This document shows, piece after piece, positions 42,748-56,389 of a stretch of DNA of 64,000 nt. The notes under the pieces were generated by a model that saw only the letters and a list, made by a program, of their open reading frames with translations, searched no databases and had not been told where the DNA came from. Position 1 is the first letter of the stretch. Each line of letters starts with the position of its first letter. Both the position numbers and the translations under genes were made by a program. This stretch comes from Chrysomallon squamiferum (lineage: Eukaryota; Animalia; Mollusca), in assembly GCA_012295275.1 (NCBI GenBank), contig CM022679.1:29202001-29266000 (forward strand), read 5' to 3'.

Positions 42748-43634
42748 TTACTTGTATGTAATATTAAACCTGAGTTCAAGTGAACTGTTGTTTTTGTTAT
42801 GTCAGGTTACAAATTGTTTTTTTTTTTTTTCTTTCTTTCTTCACCCTGGGAAAGTACCCAGAAATACAACTGAGAAAAACGGTGAAAGGAAACTTGTTTT
42901 CCCATACCTCATGTCTGAAAAACACCCACTACCACCACTCACAGTCTCACAGTCTCCCAGTCCCACAGTCCCAGGAACCAAGCACTGAGTCACCTTCAAT
43001 AAAACAATGTAAACCTTTCTTGTCCAAAGGAAATACACTGGGTTTTTAAAAAAAAACAAAAAATATTCTGAAGTTAAAAGAAATCATATATAATCTGGTA
43101 ATTTTAAAATATCACTTGTCTCTGGTTCACACACAGAAAGAAAGAAAGAAAGAAAGAAGAAACAAGGAAGACTTTTTAATTTAAAATCTGTTTACAGCTC
43201 CGAACAATGGAAATAAGAGACTGGTATAATTCCGTGTGTGACTGATGTGTATTAGGTCATCGGTTCAAAGCTCTTTGATGTCACTTTGGTATTTTTGCTA
43301 ATACTGACATACAGTTCTGCAGAGACGTCTGTGAGGTCAAAGGTCAAACTGTCTTTAATATAATCAGGATTTTTCTCGTTTTCTGTGTCAGACAGGCAGT
43401 TCTTTATGCTACATGTTCAGTGCTTGTGGACATCAGTTCTGTTTGACTGTGAGTGTGTCTGTACATGTCTGTACGTGCTTATGTGTGTCTTTATATATGT
43501 GTATGTGTGTTGGTATGTGTATATATAATGTATGTGTAAGTATGTATGTGGTTATGTATGTATGTGGGTGTGTGTTGTATTTATGTGTAAAATAACATTA
43601 TAAATGTATATATTTATAAGTGTGTGTTTTACAT

Positions 43635-43673
<39 letters not shown>

Positions 43674-43676
43674 CTA

Positions 43677-43717
<41 letters not shown>

Positions 43718-44725
43718 AAGTGTGTCTGTATATATAAGAGTCTATGTCTAGACGCACTGTGTACACATATCACTGACAGACTTCAGGTAGCTGTCTTTAC
43801 CTGACAAGGTTAACAAGTGTGTCAGTTTTATACACGAACACTTCAAGTTTTAATGGCTCTGTGACTGTACAATCTTTATCTCACATACCACAGTGATATA
43901 CCAGTCGTAAACCACATTACTCCATTCTCATTTAAATAATTTTCAAATAACTGCACCAAGAAGGTAATTTTTCAAAATCATACGTAAATTTTTTTATTTT
44001 TTTTATAGTTGTTTTGTTATAACTATTTTTTTTTCCCCTCCAGTAATGAAATATATATGTGTCTAAAGTTTAAATTTGTATTTAAAAATAAATTACATTT
44101 AAATATTTACCTATCATTTATTTTATTTTATATCGAAATTTTATTTTTTAAATTTATTTTATTATTATTACTGATGTTGTTATTATCATTATTACATATT
44201 ATTATTATTATTAATCTGTTTTTTAATAATTACCTTTATTTATTAAACATTTTTTACATCTAAACATAAATCATTTTCCAACTGCTGATTCTAAAATTTA
44301 TTGAAATTTTATTAAAATATTAGTGCCGTTATTTCTGTGAAACTTGGTTTAATCATTTTCATTAGCTTTCATATTTACATGTTAAGTGTCTTACTCAAAA
44401 AATAAGCTGATTTTGTAGAATAATAATCAGAAACTCCATTAACTTTTTAAAAGCTTATTTAAGTAAATTATTATCATAATTTCTTTTTTAACTGATTTTC
44501 TTTTTTTAAATATTCTTTACTCCCTGAGAATAGCAACAAATGGATATAAAAAGAGATGAACTATTTTTATTTTGGCATTTATGAACATTGTTGTAATGAC
44601 TTAATTCTTGATATTAAAATAGATTCTTTTTTAAAAATATTTTATCTGTAATTATAATTACTTTGAAATAATTAATTAATTATAATAAGTTTTATAATTT
44701 TCATTTATTTATTTATTTATTTTGT

Positions 44726-44766
<41 letters not shown>

Positions 44767-45636
44767 TTTATTTAATGTTTTGATAGTGACACCTCATGCC
44801 TGAACAGATATCAATAACATAATTATTAGTACTTATGAAAAATGTAGATAAGCTAAACTAATAATAAACAAACAATAATAATTTTAAAAAAAAAATAATA
44901 ATAATAATAATAATAAAAAATAAATAATAAAAACTTAAATTACAAACAGCAATAAAATATATAAATTAACAATTAAATAAAAAAAAAAAAAAAAAATAAA
45001 TCTGTTTTAAAATAAAAATAAAAATAAATTTTTGTCATGGTCAATAGTGTGTAACCACTTCCTCAAATAAAATATTTTATTTTGTTTTTCATAGTAAATT
45101 AAAACGAATGTTCTTACCTGAACGGAAACATAAAAAACAGAGACAGATAAACATAAACACACTGTGTATGTATATATTTAAATACACATATACCCATACT
45201 TACACAAAAACACAGTCACACAGACACACACACACACAATATGCACATACATACACACTTATTCAAACAAACACAAACACAAAGACACACAGACAAACAA
45301 AACCTCCACTAAACAAAACTAATCAACTGCGACACCTTTTTACAGTCACAAAACTTTTCCGATCACAAAAAAAAACAAAAAAACGTGACGAATAAAAAAT
45401 TAAAAAAGGCTAACACTTGTCTGCAGTACAGTAATATTGATCAAACAACAACAACAACAAACCACGCGAGAAAATTTGTATGAGATTAATTAAAGAGTTT
45501 CTAATTAACTGTACATCACTGTTGTACCCACCGTGACATACAAGTTGTATTTAACGTATCAAGGTACAACTGTTTCTGTATACATAACGGTTATTGATAA
45601 AATGAATGAGTTCAAAACAGAAATCTCTCTCTCTCT

Positions 45637-45680
<44 letters not shown>

Positions 45681-46282
45681 AGAAGAGTAAAAGTGATTAT
45701 ATTTTTATAACTAATATAGCCTGGGAAAGGTCAGAGGTTTTGAAAATAGAAGAAGAAAAAAAATCAATGTTGTGCTGAAAAGAATTTTCAAAGAGTTTGT
45801 TTGGATTTAGTGTTTCAATGCTCTTGAGTGATTAGATTAATTTTAGTCGAGATTAATTCAACATTTAACTTTAGTTCACTATTGTGTTTTTTTGTTTATT
45901 TGTGGAGGTTTTCTTTTGTGTTTTTAAAAAAAAAATAATAATGTGAATGTGTTTTATTAATATAGAATGACTTTTAACATTCTTTTGTAATAACATTTTA
46001 TTGAATTTTTTATTTTATTTGTAATATTAAACTGCAAGTCAGTGGATGGATAATAATGCACATACGAATGTCTGTGTTTCTGATACATGTTTGTATATTA
46101 ATCTCCATTTTTATTTGTTTTTCTCTGTATACATATGATAATACTTTGATCAATTTTAATAAAAACATATATAAAAAAAATAAAAAATAAAATTAAAAAT
46201 ATTACATTTACCAATATAAAATTTCTTACAATGCATACTCATGATAAATTTGTGTATGTGTGTGTCTTTCAAAATGATGATG

Positions 46283-46323
<41 letters not shown>

Positions 46324-47129
46324 CACGTGCATGTCAATGTGTTAAAAGACACAAGCCACTTCCTGCATTAGGACTGCCAGTGCTGTGACTAATAAACAGA
46401 TTAAATGATTACACACTGATTAAAAAACAAAAAAAAATCTTTATATTTAAACTTTATATCAGCAAATCCAAAGGGCGTATAAAGCCTCGGGACACGGTTG
46501 CTAAGCACCACACCTAGCGATCGTGAGAGATAAAACAAAATTATCTGTTTGAACTTGACTGTGAGATTTTTGTCTGACCTGAAAGTTTTCTGGATAAGTG
46601 TCAATCTGTCTGTCTCAGTTTTAGTGTACTTAAAGTTTTAAAGCAACACTGTCTGATTTTTAAAATAAAATTCTTTATTTCAGGGCTTCAAGTTCATTTT
46701 TCACAAACACAGCTTGGTTGCTATGCTGTGAAAAGGTTAATGAAATTTTATTGCAGGGACAATAATAAAATAATGACTGATAAAGTAAAAAATTAATAAA
46801 GTAAATAAATAAATAAATAAAAAAAAAAAAAAAAATAAGAACTAGACTGACATTTGTTAAGGGATTGTTAAAGTCTTGTCCTCCTTTGATTATAATAAAA
46901 TAAATATATAAAATTTATATGTTACTAATAATAGTGATGATGGTAATGAAGATGATAATAAAGATGACAGTGATGATGATAAAATAGTATGATAAATATA
47001 TCCATACTCAAAGTTAAAAAAAAACAGGTATGCATATACATAAACACACATACTACACACACACAGACATCCACATATACAAACATACACACACACACTC
47101 TGAACACCCTTTATCTCCCACACCCACAA

Positions 47130-47160
<31 letters not shown>

Positions 47161-47195
47161 TACATACAAACACACACACACACACACACACAAAC

Positions 47196-47230
<35 letters not shown>

Positions 47231-47750
47231 AACACATACATACAAACACACACACAAACACACACACAAACACACACACACACACACACACAAATGCACT
47301 CTACATATGTGTATTTGTGTCTGTCTGTCTGCCTCTCTTTCTCAACTCTTCTCTGTCTCAACTACACACAAACACACACAAACATACACACACACACACA
47401 CACATACACACACACACACACTCACATACACATATTCATAAACACAAACACACACAGCAAATGCAAAGACATCACACTAAAAAGCCTGTAAGAGAAAGTG
47501 TCTAAATTACAAACCATGAAAAGACAGTAAATGTGCATGTTGTGTTTGATGATATCACAGACATCAGTGTCAGATACAGTCCACTAGAAGATCAACACAG
47601 AAATAAAATAATCATCAGAGAGAGCTAGGAAGTTTTAACAACTCACAGATTTGAAGTAATGAGTAGATCTGTCTGATTGATAATCTTTGTTTATATTGCA
47701 TACATGTATATCACCATATCTCTCTCTCTCTCTTTCCCTCTGTCTGTCTC

Positions 47751-47906
<156 letters not shown>

Positions 47907-47948
47907 CGTCTGTCTCTCTCTCTCTCTCTGTCTCTCTCTCTCTGTCTG

Positions 47949-48031
<83 letters not shown>

Positions 48032-48677
48032 CTCCCCCCTGTGTATGTGTGGGTGTTCATGGGTATGTGTGGGGTTCATATGTGCACTTTCTTGCTTTGT
48101 CTCAGTAAATTTTTTATTTTAATCTAGTGTTAAACTTTTTACTTTCTCTTCCTTATGGTGTAAGTTATTAAAATGTCTGACAGCTTTTCAGTTTCTGGAG
48201 GGTTTTTTCCAACTTTTTATTTTAATTTATTATTATTATTATTATTATTATTATGTTTTTATTTGCCATTACGTCAAGACAATCTCAGACTATCTGGTAT
48301 TAACAGAAAGTTATCTTAAAACATCACAGTTACACCTTCCTATTTTATTATTAATTATTTTTACTCTTGTTTTTTAAAGACATCATTTGCCTCACACAGA
48401 TTTTACATTTGTATCTGCATGTCTCTGTTTAATTATTCAGTATTCTCTTCTTGGTTTTGTTCTCTGAAGAATAGTAAAAACTAAAAAAAAAAAATTTAAT
48501 ACAAATTATTTCTTTCTGTCACTCAGATTACATCTCTTTTTGTTTTCCTTATTTCCTCCTTTTCTTCATACTTTTTCTCTTCATCCCACTTTTCCCTCTT
48601 CTCTCTGTCTTGTTATCTGTCTTCATTTAGCCTTTTTCACCTCTTTCTATGTCTTTTTCTTTTCTTTTCTGTCATTC

Positions 48678-48775
<98 letters not shown>

Positions 48776-49180
48776 AAAAGTCCTTCAGACAGAAATAAAT
48801 AAAATCAGATTCAATGACAACAGTCGCCAATCAAACAGCATTCAGAAGTATTTAACTTTGTTACTCCGTCGTCATGGATACGGCCTCCTCGATTCTGATT
48901 ATGCAGTCCAGGACTGGCATGCTTGAGTATTCAGTGCATTTAAATCTGATTTCACTGTCGACTGAATGAAGTATGTTGTAAAATACACAATTAAATTTTC
49001 ATTTCAGCTAAAATCAGAGAGAATGGTTAGATCACCTTATTGGGGTGTGACAGACAGTGGGATCTATTCCTCAGAGTGCACCTGTCCAGTTATTTCCCGT
49101 TCCAACTAGTAATGTTTTATTTCTCAGCTAGTTTTTATAAATAATGTTTTGTTGATTATCAAAACAAAAATATAAATGAA

Positions 49181-49211
<31 letters not shown>

Positions 49212-49350
49212 ACAAAGAAAAAACAAAATAATTAAGACGCTGTTAATGTTAATTATTATTATTATCATCTTATCATCATCAACAACATCCAGCATGATTA
49301 GCATTATCATTGTATCAACACAAAATTATTGGAATTCAAAACAAAATCTA

Positions 49351-49364
49351 GTAACCATAGCAAC
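49351..49364. promoter_or_regulatory. RFX X-box motif GTAACCATAGCAAC
   Basis: Exact match to both GTNRCC-NN-RGYAAC and RTHNYYWTRRNRAC. Motif match only. Confidence 0.5.
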
Positions 49365-51039
49365 TAACGACACTGACCAATCTCGCAATATTTTAACAAA
49401 TTCATCGACATTTTTTTTCTATTCTGGAAACATTTCTGTTAAAAATTAATTAATCATATTGTACCTGTTATGTATCGTCAACGTACTGAACATAAAATTT
49501 TAAATTTGCTTCAAAGGATGCTAATTAGGATCTAATTTGCAAGTAACGATCAGGAGAAAAGTTCGCTAACTAACAGAAATGGCAACACACACAGTGAAAG
49601 TGCAGTCATGAAAGTGCAGTCTGTGCAGACTTTGGTCAAAACAAGGTTTCAATTAATGGCTTAATTTCCTGTGACAAAAAATTAAAAATTAAAAATTAAA
49701 ATTTTTTTTTAAAAATGTCACGTGGAGTTGATTTATTTAAATGTTCCTGTTTACACCTGCTTGGAGAAAGATAAAAAAAAAAAAATAAAGAAAGAAAAAT
49801 GTAAGACAGAAAATAAAAAAGAAAGAAAAAACTGAAAAAGAATGAAAGAAAATAAAAAAATATATATTAAGAAGTGGTAGATGAATGAAAATAGAAAAAA
49901 ATTAATTTTTTTTTTTTTTAATAAATAAAAAAAGCTTATAATTAAAAAGGAAAGAAAAAAAAAAATAAATAAAAAATAAAAAGCAGTGTTGAATAAAAAG
50001 CCTGAACTCAAACTGTTATTTTATAAAGGCAGACGTCAATAGATACTGAGCACTATCTGGAATTGTATAAGCAGTGTTGTGGTAGCTGGTACTGGGAAAG
50101 TCTCACTTCTACAGTTCTCACAGCAAGCAGTGAGTCACGCACTCAATACACTCTTTGAATTTTCCCAATCCAGACACACCCAAACAACTTGAAACCTTTG
50201 ACTAACCACATATATAAAAGAACATTTGCAGGTATTCAGATTATTTTTAAAATAACAAACAACAACAATAATAGTAATAATACCAATAACAGTTGTAAAA
50301 AAAATAATAATATTAATAAAATAATAACAAAAAGTAATGATAATAACAAAATAATAACAATAACAATAATAATAATAATAATAATAGTGCTTGATAGCAC
50401 ATTTTTAAGACATGATGTCTGTTTCAATTTATTTTTTGTTATTTTTTTTTTCAGTTTATTTATATTATTAACTAATATTAAGTGTCTGTATTTATATATT
50501 TTTATACATGTATTAATTATTATATCTCTTCCAAAAAAAAATATATATAAAAATCAATATATAAAAAAAAAAAAAAACTGTCTGAAAAAATAAAAACAAC
50601 CTTAAATAAATTTTATAAAAACAAAAAAACATAAACATGCACTGAAAAATAAAACACCTTTTTGCCGAGCCTAACAACCGGTTGCTAAACTGAAAAACCT
50701 TCACAGTTCCCAGCCAGGTAAACTACAGAAAAAACAAAACCAAAAAATCTTATCCCATTTATCAAGCAGACATTTTTCACAAGAAAGAAAAAACTGTACA
50801 ACGTTAAACGACTGAAAGAAACTCCACCATTTGGGTCAGGCTACCTGACTGAGTGACTGCGTGGCTGTCGATTTGTCACAGCACGGTTGTCATAGCCGTA
50901 CAGTCCCAAATACACCTGCAGGCTTCCGGCAGGATGAGGCAGTGGGTACTGGCGAGTGCAACGAAGTGGATGATGTAGTTTTTGTCGTCGATAAAGACCA
51001 AGAAAAGTAGATTCTGTTGGATTTACAAAGTGTTGGATC

Positions 51040-51930
51040 TGTTTGATAAGTGGATTATGAGATGATCTATGTGAGTATTCTTGTGGGTAGTGTTTTTACT
51101 TTGATTGTTTTGTTTTGCTGTGGGGAAAAAAACGTGAGGTTTGTTTACTGTGACAGACAAGAGTTTAGTACAAATAAAAGAAATGCAGGGAGACTTGATT
51201 TTGAGCTAGGCAACACTAGTTTGAGTAAGTGAGCTATCAAATGATACATGTAAAGTTTACAGTGTTTTCACAAAAAGTTTATTTTGCTATAGAAGTGTAT
51301 GACAAGAAGTTTGGAACAAATAAAAAATATATATAAAAAAAATCAGATTTTGAATTAGGAGATGTTGATTTTAATAACCGGCTTATGAAATGATATATAT
51401 AAAATATCTATATATAGATTATGATTTTCTGTTTTTTACAAATGTTTATTTTTTTATCTGAATGTTTAGACAACAATTTAGAAAAAAAAAAAAAAAAAAA
51501 ATAATAATAATAATAAAAAAATAAATTAGATATTGATTTTAATACTGGATTATCAAATGATATATGTATGCAAAGATTATAATGTTTTCACTAACATTTA
51601 TTTTGTAATGGGATTATACAACGGGAATCTAGAACAAACAAAAAATGTTGAAAACTAGAGTTTAGATTAGGAGTTGTTGTAAAGTGTATATTATAAAATG
51701 ACACACAGATAAATTAAATATTTTTTCACATATAGTTATTTGTAATGGAAATATACAAGAATTTGTTACAAAGACATTCTGTTCTTTCTGAATTGGGATA
51801 TTTTTATGAATTAGGTTTCAGTAACAAGATTATGAAATGATGTATGTAAGAATATATACATCTCAAGTGCGTTTTTGTTTGGGTTTTTTTTCATGATGGG
51901 CGACTTATAGATATTTTGTTATTGGAATTT
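51040..51930. repeat. Highly diverged tandem repeat, about 140-180 bp period, about 6 units
   Basis: TTAT(G/C)AAATGAT-like anchor at about 51055, 51235, 51383, 51550, 51691 and 51830. It is accompanied by recurring TGTTTTCAC..TTATTTTG..ACAAGA..AGAACAAA..GATTTTGAATTAGG blocks. Confidence 0.7.
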
Positions 51931-52256
51931 ATAAACATCTGATAGAGTCAGAAATGTGTTTAAGAGAGAATGTGAAAGGATCTGTTTAAGTCAGTGAGAG
52001 AGATTATGATCTGTTGTGAATGTTTGTTTTGCTGTGTGGAGTCAGAAATGATATATTTGTTTACAGATTAGCAAGTTTTCTATCGTTTGAGTTTGTAAAC
52101 GTTTCAGTATCAGATATGAAATTAATACCAGGATTATGTCTTTCTTCTTCATTCTTTATCTAATTTTTCATTTCCATATATACTGTTTATCTCCTTTTAT
52201 CTTTGTCTTTCTCTTGTTTTCTCCTTTCATGTGTCTATGCCAAGTTCTCTCTCTCT

Positions 52257-52325
<69 letters not shown>

Positions 52326-52606
52326 GTGTTTATGTGTGTGTGCATGTGAGTGTATTTGTGTATGTATGTTGGTGTGTGTGTGTGTCTGTGTATGGGGGTG
52401 TCGGGGGTGTTTGTCTGGGGTGTGTATGGGGGGTTCTGTGGGGGGTGCATGCAGATGTGTGTTTAGCAGTGGGAGTGATGAAGAAAAAAGTAGGAAAAAG
52501 GAGGAAAAATCAAAGTAAGAAGTAAACACAAATACATGTTCATACCCACAGCAACGTTTACACACATCTACACACAGACAGAAATAGCACTATCCGTACA
52601 CAAGCA

Positions 52607-52718
52607 CTGAGACAAACAGACAGATGTACTGAGACATACAGACAGATGTACTGAGACATACAGACAGATGTACTGAGACATACAGACAAATGTACTGAGA
52701 GATACAGACACATGTACT
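52607..52718. repeat. 22-bp minisatellite CTGAGACATACAGACAGATGTA, 5 copies
   Basis: Visible directly. Confidence 0.95.
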
Positions 52719-53850
52719 AACCAAAGTTCATTACAATATAATCCTACTACTGACTTTAACTTCTTTTTCTTCAAGCACATATAAAAAAAAATAATAAAAT
52801 AAAAAATAATCTATATATAAAAAAATGTTGGTTTATTTGTGTGCTACTGTTGACTTTGGCAAGCACATGGAAAACTGAACAGTTTTGGAGAATGCTATTT
52901 TCTATACTTCAATATTACTTCTACATTCTGAGCATGTTCTGATTTCTGCAGTCTGTCCAGTTCTGTGTGCAGACCACACAACGAAAACTCATTTCATACA
53001 AAACATTAAACATCTTTTTCTAAAGCAGGTACATTAAAACTGTACTGAACATACTTTACTTTCATGTAAATTCCATTTAACTTGCAAATAGCATTTATTT
53101 TGGTATACAATGAACTGTGTAAACAAAAATTTGTACTACAAACAGCATTCTGAATATTTAACTACAAAACAGCATTCTCAATATTCTACTACAAATTTTT
53201 AACAGCATTCTAAGTTAAGGATTTTTATTTATTCCACTAAAATAACATTCTATATATTTATATATATAAATATATATATATATTCTTCTACTACAAACAA
53301 CATTTTGCATTCTTCCTGAAACAATAGAACAAAATTATGATATGCAATTGTTTCAAAAGTGAACTACTGAGCCCTAGAAATACCAGTAATTTTTCCTTAT
53401 GTTTCCAATGAATATTTTATGAGTTTTCTTTGAAAGCTGGAGAAAGCAGCTTTCATCCTATGTCAAACAAACATTGGACAAGCAGGAGAAAGGAAAAAAA
53501 AAAAAGCAAGTCTTGTACGGCCCTGAACAAATACATTTAATATGCACTTGTAAATAACAGAACATTAGGGCTTGTTTTCTTTGTTTTGTTTTTTTTATCT
53601 CTTAGTGTCACTGGATAGGAAGATGTATTGTCTTGAAATGGGAGAGTGTTGTTTTTTTATTACGTTGTATATTAAAAATGTATTTCTAAACAGCACTGGA
53701 CTGTTTTAGCTTGAATTTAGTTTCAATGAGATTATTTTGTCAGAAGTGGGGAATCTTGTTTCAAAGCTAAATTACATACTGTTTTCTTTTCTTCTTTTTT
53801 CTGTTGTTATTATAGATAATAATGATGATGATGATGATAATTATAATAGT

Positions 53851-53913
<63 letters not shown>

Positions 53914-54009
53914 GAAAATTAAATATGGCAAGGAAAAAGTAAATTTATTAAAGTGATAAAAGAAATATTTCACATATAACTGATGTTGTGTTAAAACTTG
54001 GCTGGCAAT

Positions 54010-54432
54010 ACAAATAAGCCAATCATAATTATTTTAACTTCCATTTAGAACAAACCAACCAATCATAATTACTGTAAGAAAAGAAACAGTATTAGGAAAC
54101 CAATTACAATCCATGTAAGATTTGCTACCAAGTACAAATCACCAATTATATTTATTATAAGATTGGCTTCGATGTGCTTGTAAACCAATCATAATTACTG
54201 TAATTTGCTACCAAGTGCAAACCTACCAATCATAATCACTGTAAGATTCACAATGAGAGAGCAAATCAACCAATCATAATTATTGTAAGATCTGGCAATC
54301 ATAAACATTACACTTTCACATATATAAAACACTAAATCTAGTTACTTTCTAATATTAAAGAACAAATCGACCAATTATAAAGACTGTTACAGTCAATATG
54401 AAACACAAACCAACCAATCATAATTACTGTTA
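54010..54432. repeat. Degenerate array of about 42 bp with conserved core ACCAATCATAATTACTGTAAGA and variable linkers
   Basis: CCAAT at 54019, 54059, 54100, 54142, 54185, 54226, 54270, 54371 and 54414. Confidence 0.88.
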
Positions 54433-54793
54433 TATTTTTCTATTAACAAATCTACAATTCTGACAATATGGATGACTATTATAAACCATACATTTTCTGT
54501 GCTCTTATTACTTTTAAAACAAAAAATATTTTCCCTCAATTAAATTACAAGTAAATTAGTTTTGTCGTGGTAACAGTTCAGTGGGTTTCCAGTTCCAGGC
54601 TTGCTGGAGCCTAAACAGAGCTGCTTGGTGTGTAATGGAGTTTGTGATGGTGGTGATATGAGTACAACAAAGTTATTTTCTGATTTCTATTTAATTATGA
54701 TTTAAAAAAAGAACAATGAAAGTCAAAGTTAGCTTGTTTCTTATCAGATAATTCGATAATTTGATTTACTGTTTGTAAAGCTTAGCTGATTTG

Positions 54794-54834
<41 letters not shown>

Positions 54835-54988
54835 CCAAAATATATATTTTTTTAAATTGTGAAATATTGGAAAGTCTCAACACATGCAATAAAAAAAAAA
54901 ATTAATAATATTAATTAGAAATAATCAGATAATAAATAAAAAAATAAAACTGTATATAAAAGTTTATATTTTATATTATTATTATTTG

Positions 54989-55071
<83 letters not shown>

Positions 55072-55229
55072 TCTTATTTATTTTTTTTTTATTATTATTT
55101 TTATTTTGTTACTTATGATGTGTAGGAGAATATTTAATATTTAAACATTCTTTATTTACTTGTCTGCATTTTACATTGCTTTATATTAAAGCTTAACTTT
55201 ATTCATATATATGCAATCAAAATATTAAT

Positions 55230-55321
55230 TAAAATTTCAGGTAACAAGTTTTGTTAAGTTTTATATAAGGTGTGAGAAGAAAAAAAAAGTAAAATATTTG
55301 AAAGATATTTTAATGTGAAAT

Positions 55322-55398
<77 letters not shown>

Positions 55399-56389
55399 AT
55401 AATAATAATAATAATGGTGATGATTAAGAAAGAAAAAAAAAAAAAAAAAAAGTAGGAAAAAGTCGGAAAATCAAAGTAAGAAGTAAACACAAATAACAGA
55501 AATAAATTAATAACAAATATAAATTCCCACTGCAGCTGTTATGTTATTAACTGACATATACCTTTTAGTAAATAGTACACTATTATCACTCACACCTGCC
55601 ATTTTGAAACCGCAGTTAAAACAAACAGACGTAATTAGTACTAATCTAATTCACTTATTAATTAGCAAGTCTTTTGTCGGGCACATGCCACTCAGTTTAC
55701 TTAGTGACAAAGCTACCACAAACAGGCAGGCTGCCTGAACAGTAGTGTTTTATTGCCATGACTGTTTGTGTCCTAAATGTGCCTAATTAGTGCCACAAGC
55801 CTCGATACTGTTTACTCAACAACTAACAACCACTTGTTAACCCCAATATTGTGAAAGGCTTGATTAATTAATTACCTTTTGAGTTTAAGTAAAATCTGAT
55901 TAGATCTGGAGGTAGAAGAAAATTAGATTAATGTGCTATATATATGTATATATATATGTATGTATATATGTATATATATATGTATATGTATATACGTATA
56001 TATATGTATATGTATGTATATATATAAAAATTAAATGTGAAATGTCTCTTTCAAGACATTTGTAATAAATTATAGTAGAAAACGATAAAAGGTTATAATG
56101 ACTGAATAAAAGAATTAATTAAAAAATGTAAATAAATAAATTCCACCATTACTACTACTACTACCACCACTACCACTACTACTGTAACTAATAATAATAA
56201 TAATAATAATAATTATAATAATAATAATTTAATTAATTCAATTAAACAACATATTTTATTAGTAGTATTATCGATATTAAGCTGTTGAGGCTTATAAAAC
56301 ATTAAAATTCCTTTCAAAACATTTTTTGAATTTTTTTTATTCATCTCACACCTTACAACACTTAACCAAACTTGTTACCTGAAATTTTA
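55230..56389. repeat. Imperfect inverted repeat pair of about 90 bp (55230-55316 and 56299-56389)
   Basis: Outer 30 bp are 29/30 identical (TAAAATTTCAGGTAACAAGTTT(T/G)GTTAAGT), followed by shared TAAGGTGTGAGA, TTTGAAAG and ATTTTAATGT blocks in order. Confidence 0.88.
55322..55398. repeat. (AAC)n trinucleotide microsatellite
   Basis: Visible directly. Similar tracts: (AAC)n 7658-7721, (GAT)n 7361-7420, (TAC)n 61701-61796, and many (AAT)n/(ATT)n tracts (e.g. 1288-1500, 20861-20946, 39192-39345, 53854-53910, 56986-57157). Confidence 0.97.

Noticed and set aside
43795-43830. Second AG|GT juxtaposition on the minus strand (CCTTGTCAG|GTAAAG)
   Set aside because: Short, interrupted pyrimidine tract, much weaker than the 45117 site and plausible by chance.
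50916-51013. Possible minus-strand exon NLLFLVFIDDKNYIIHFVALASTHCLILPEAC in a GC-richer island
   Set aside because: Weak splice sites, no similarity to UTP6, and it ends in phase 2 whereas exon 26120 needs phase 1.
54010-54432. CRISPR array interpretation of the core-plus-linker array
   Set aside because: Eukaryotic intronic context, degenerate repeats, related linkers, and no leader or cas genes.
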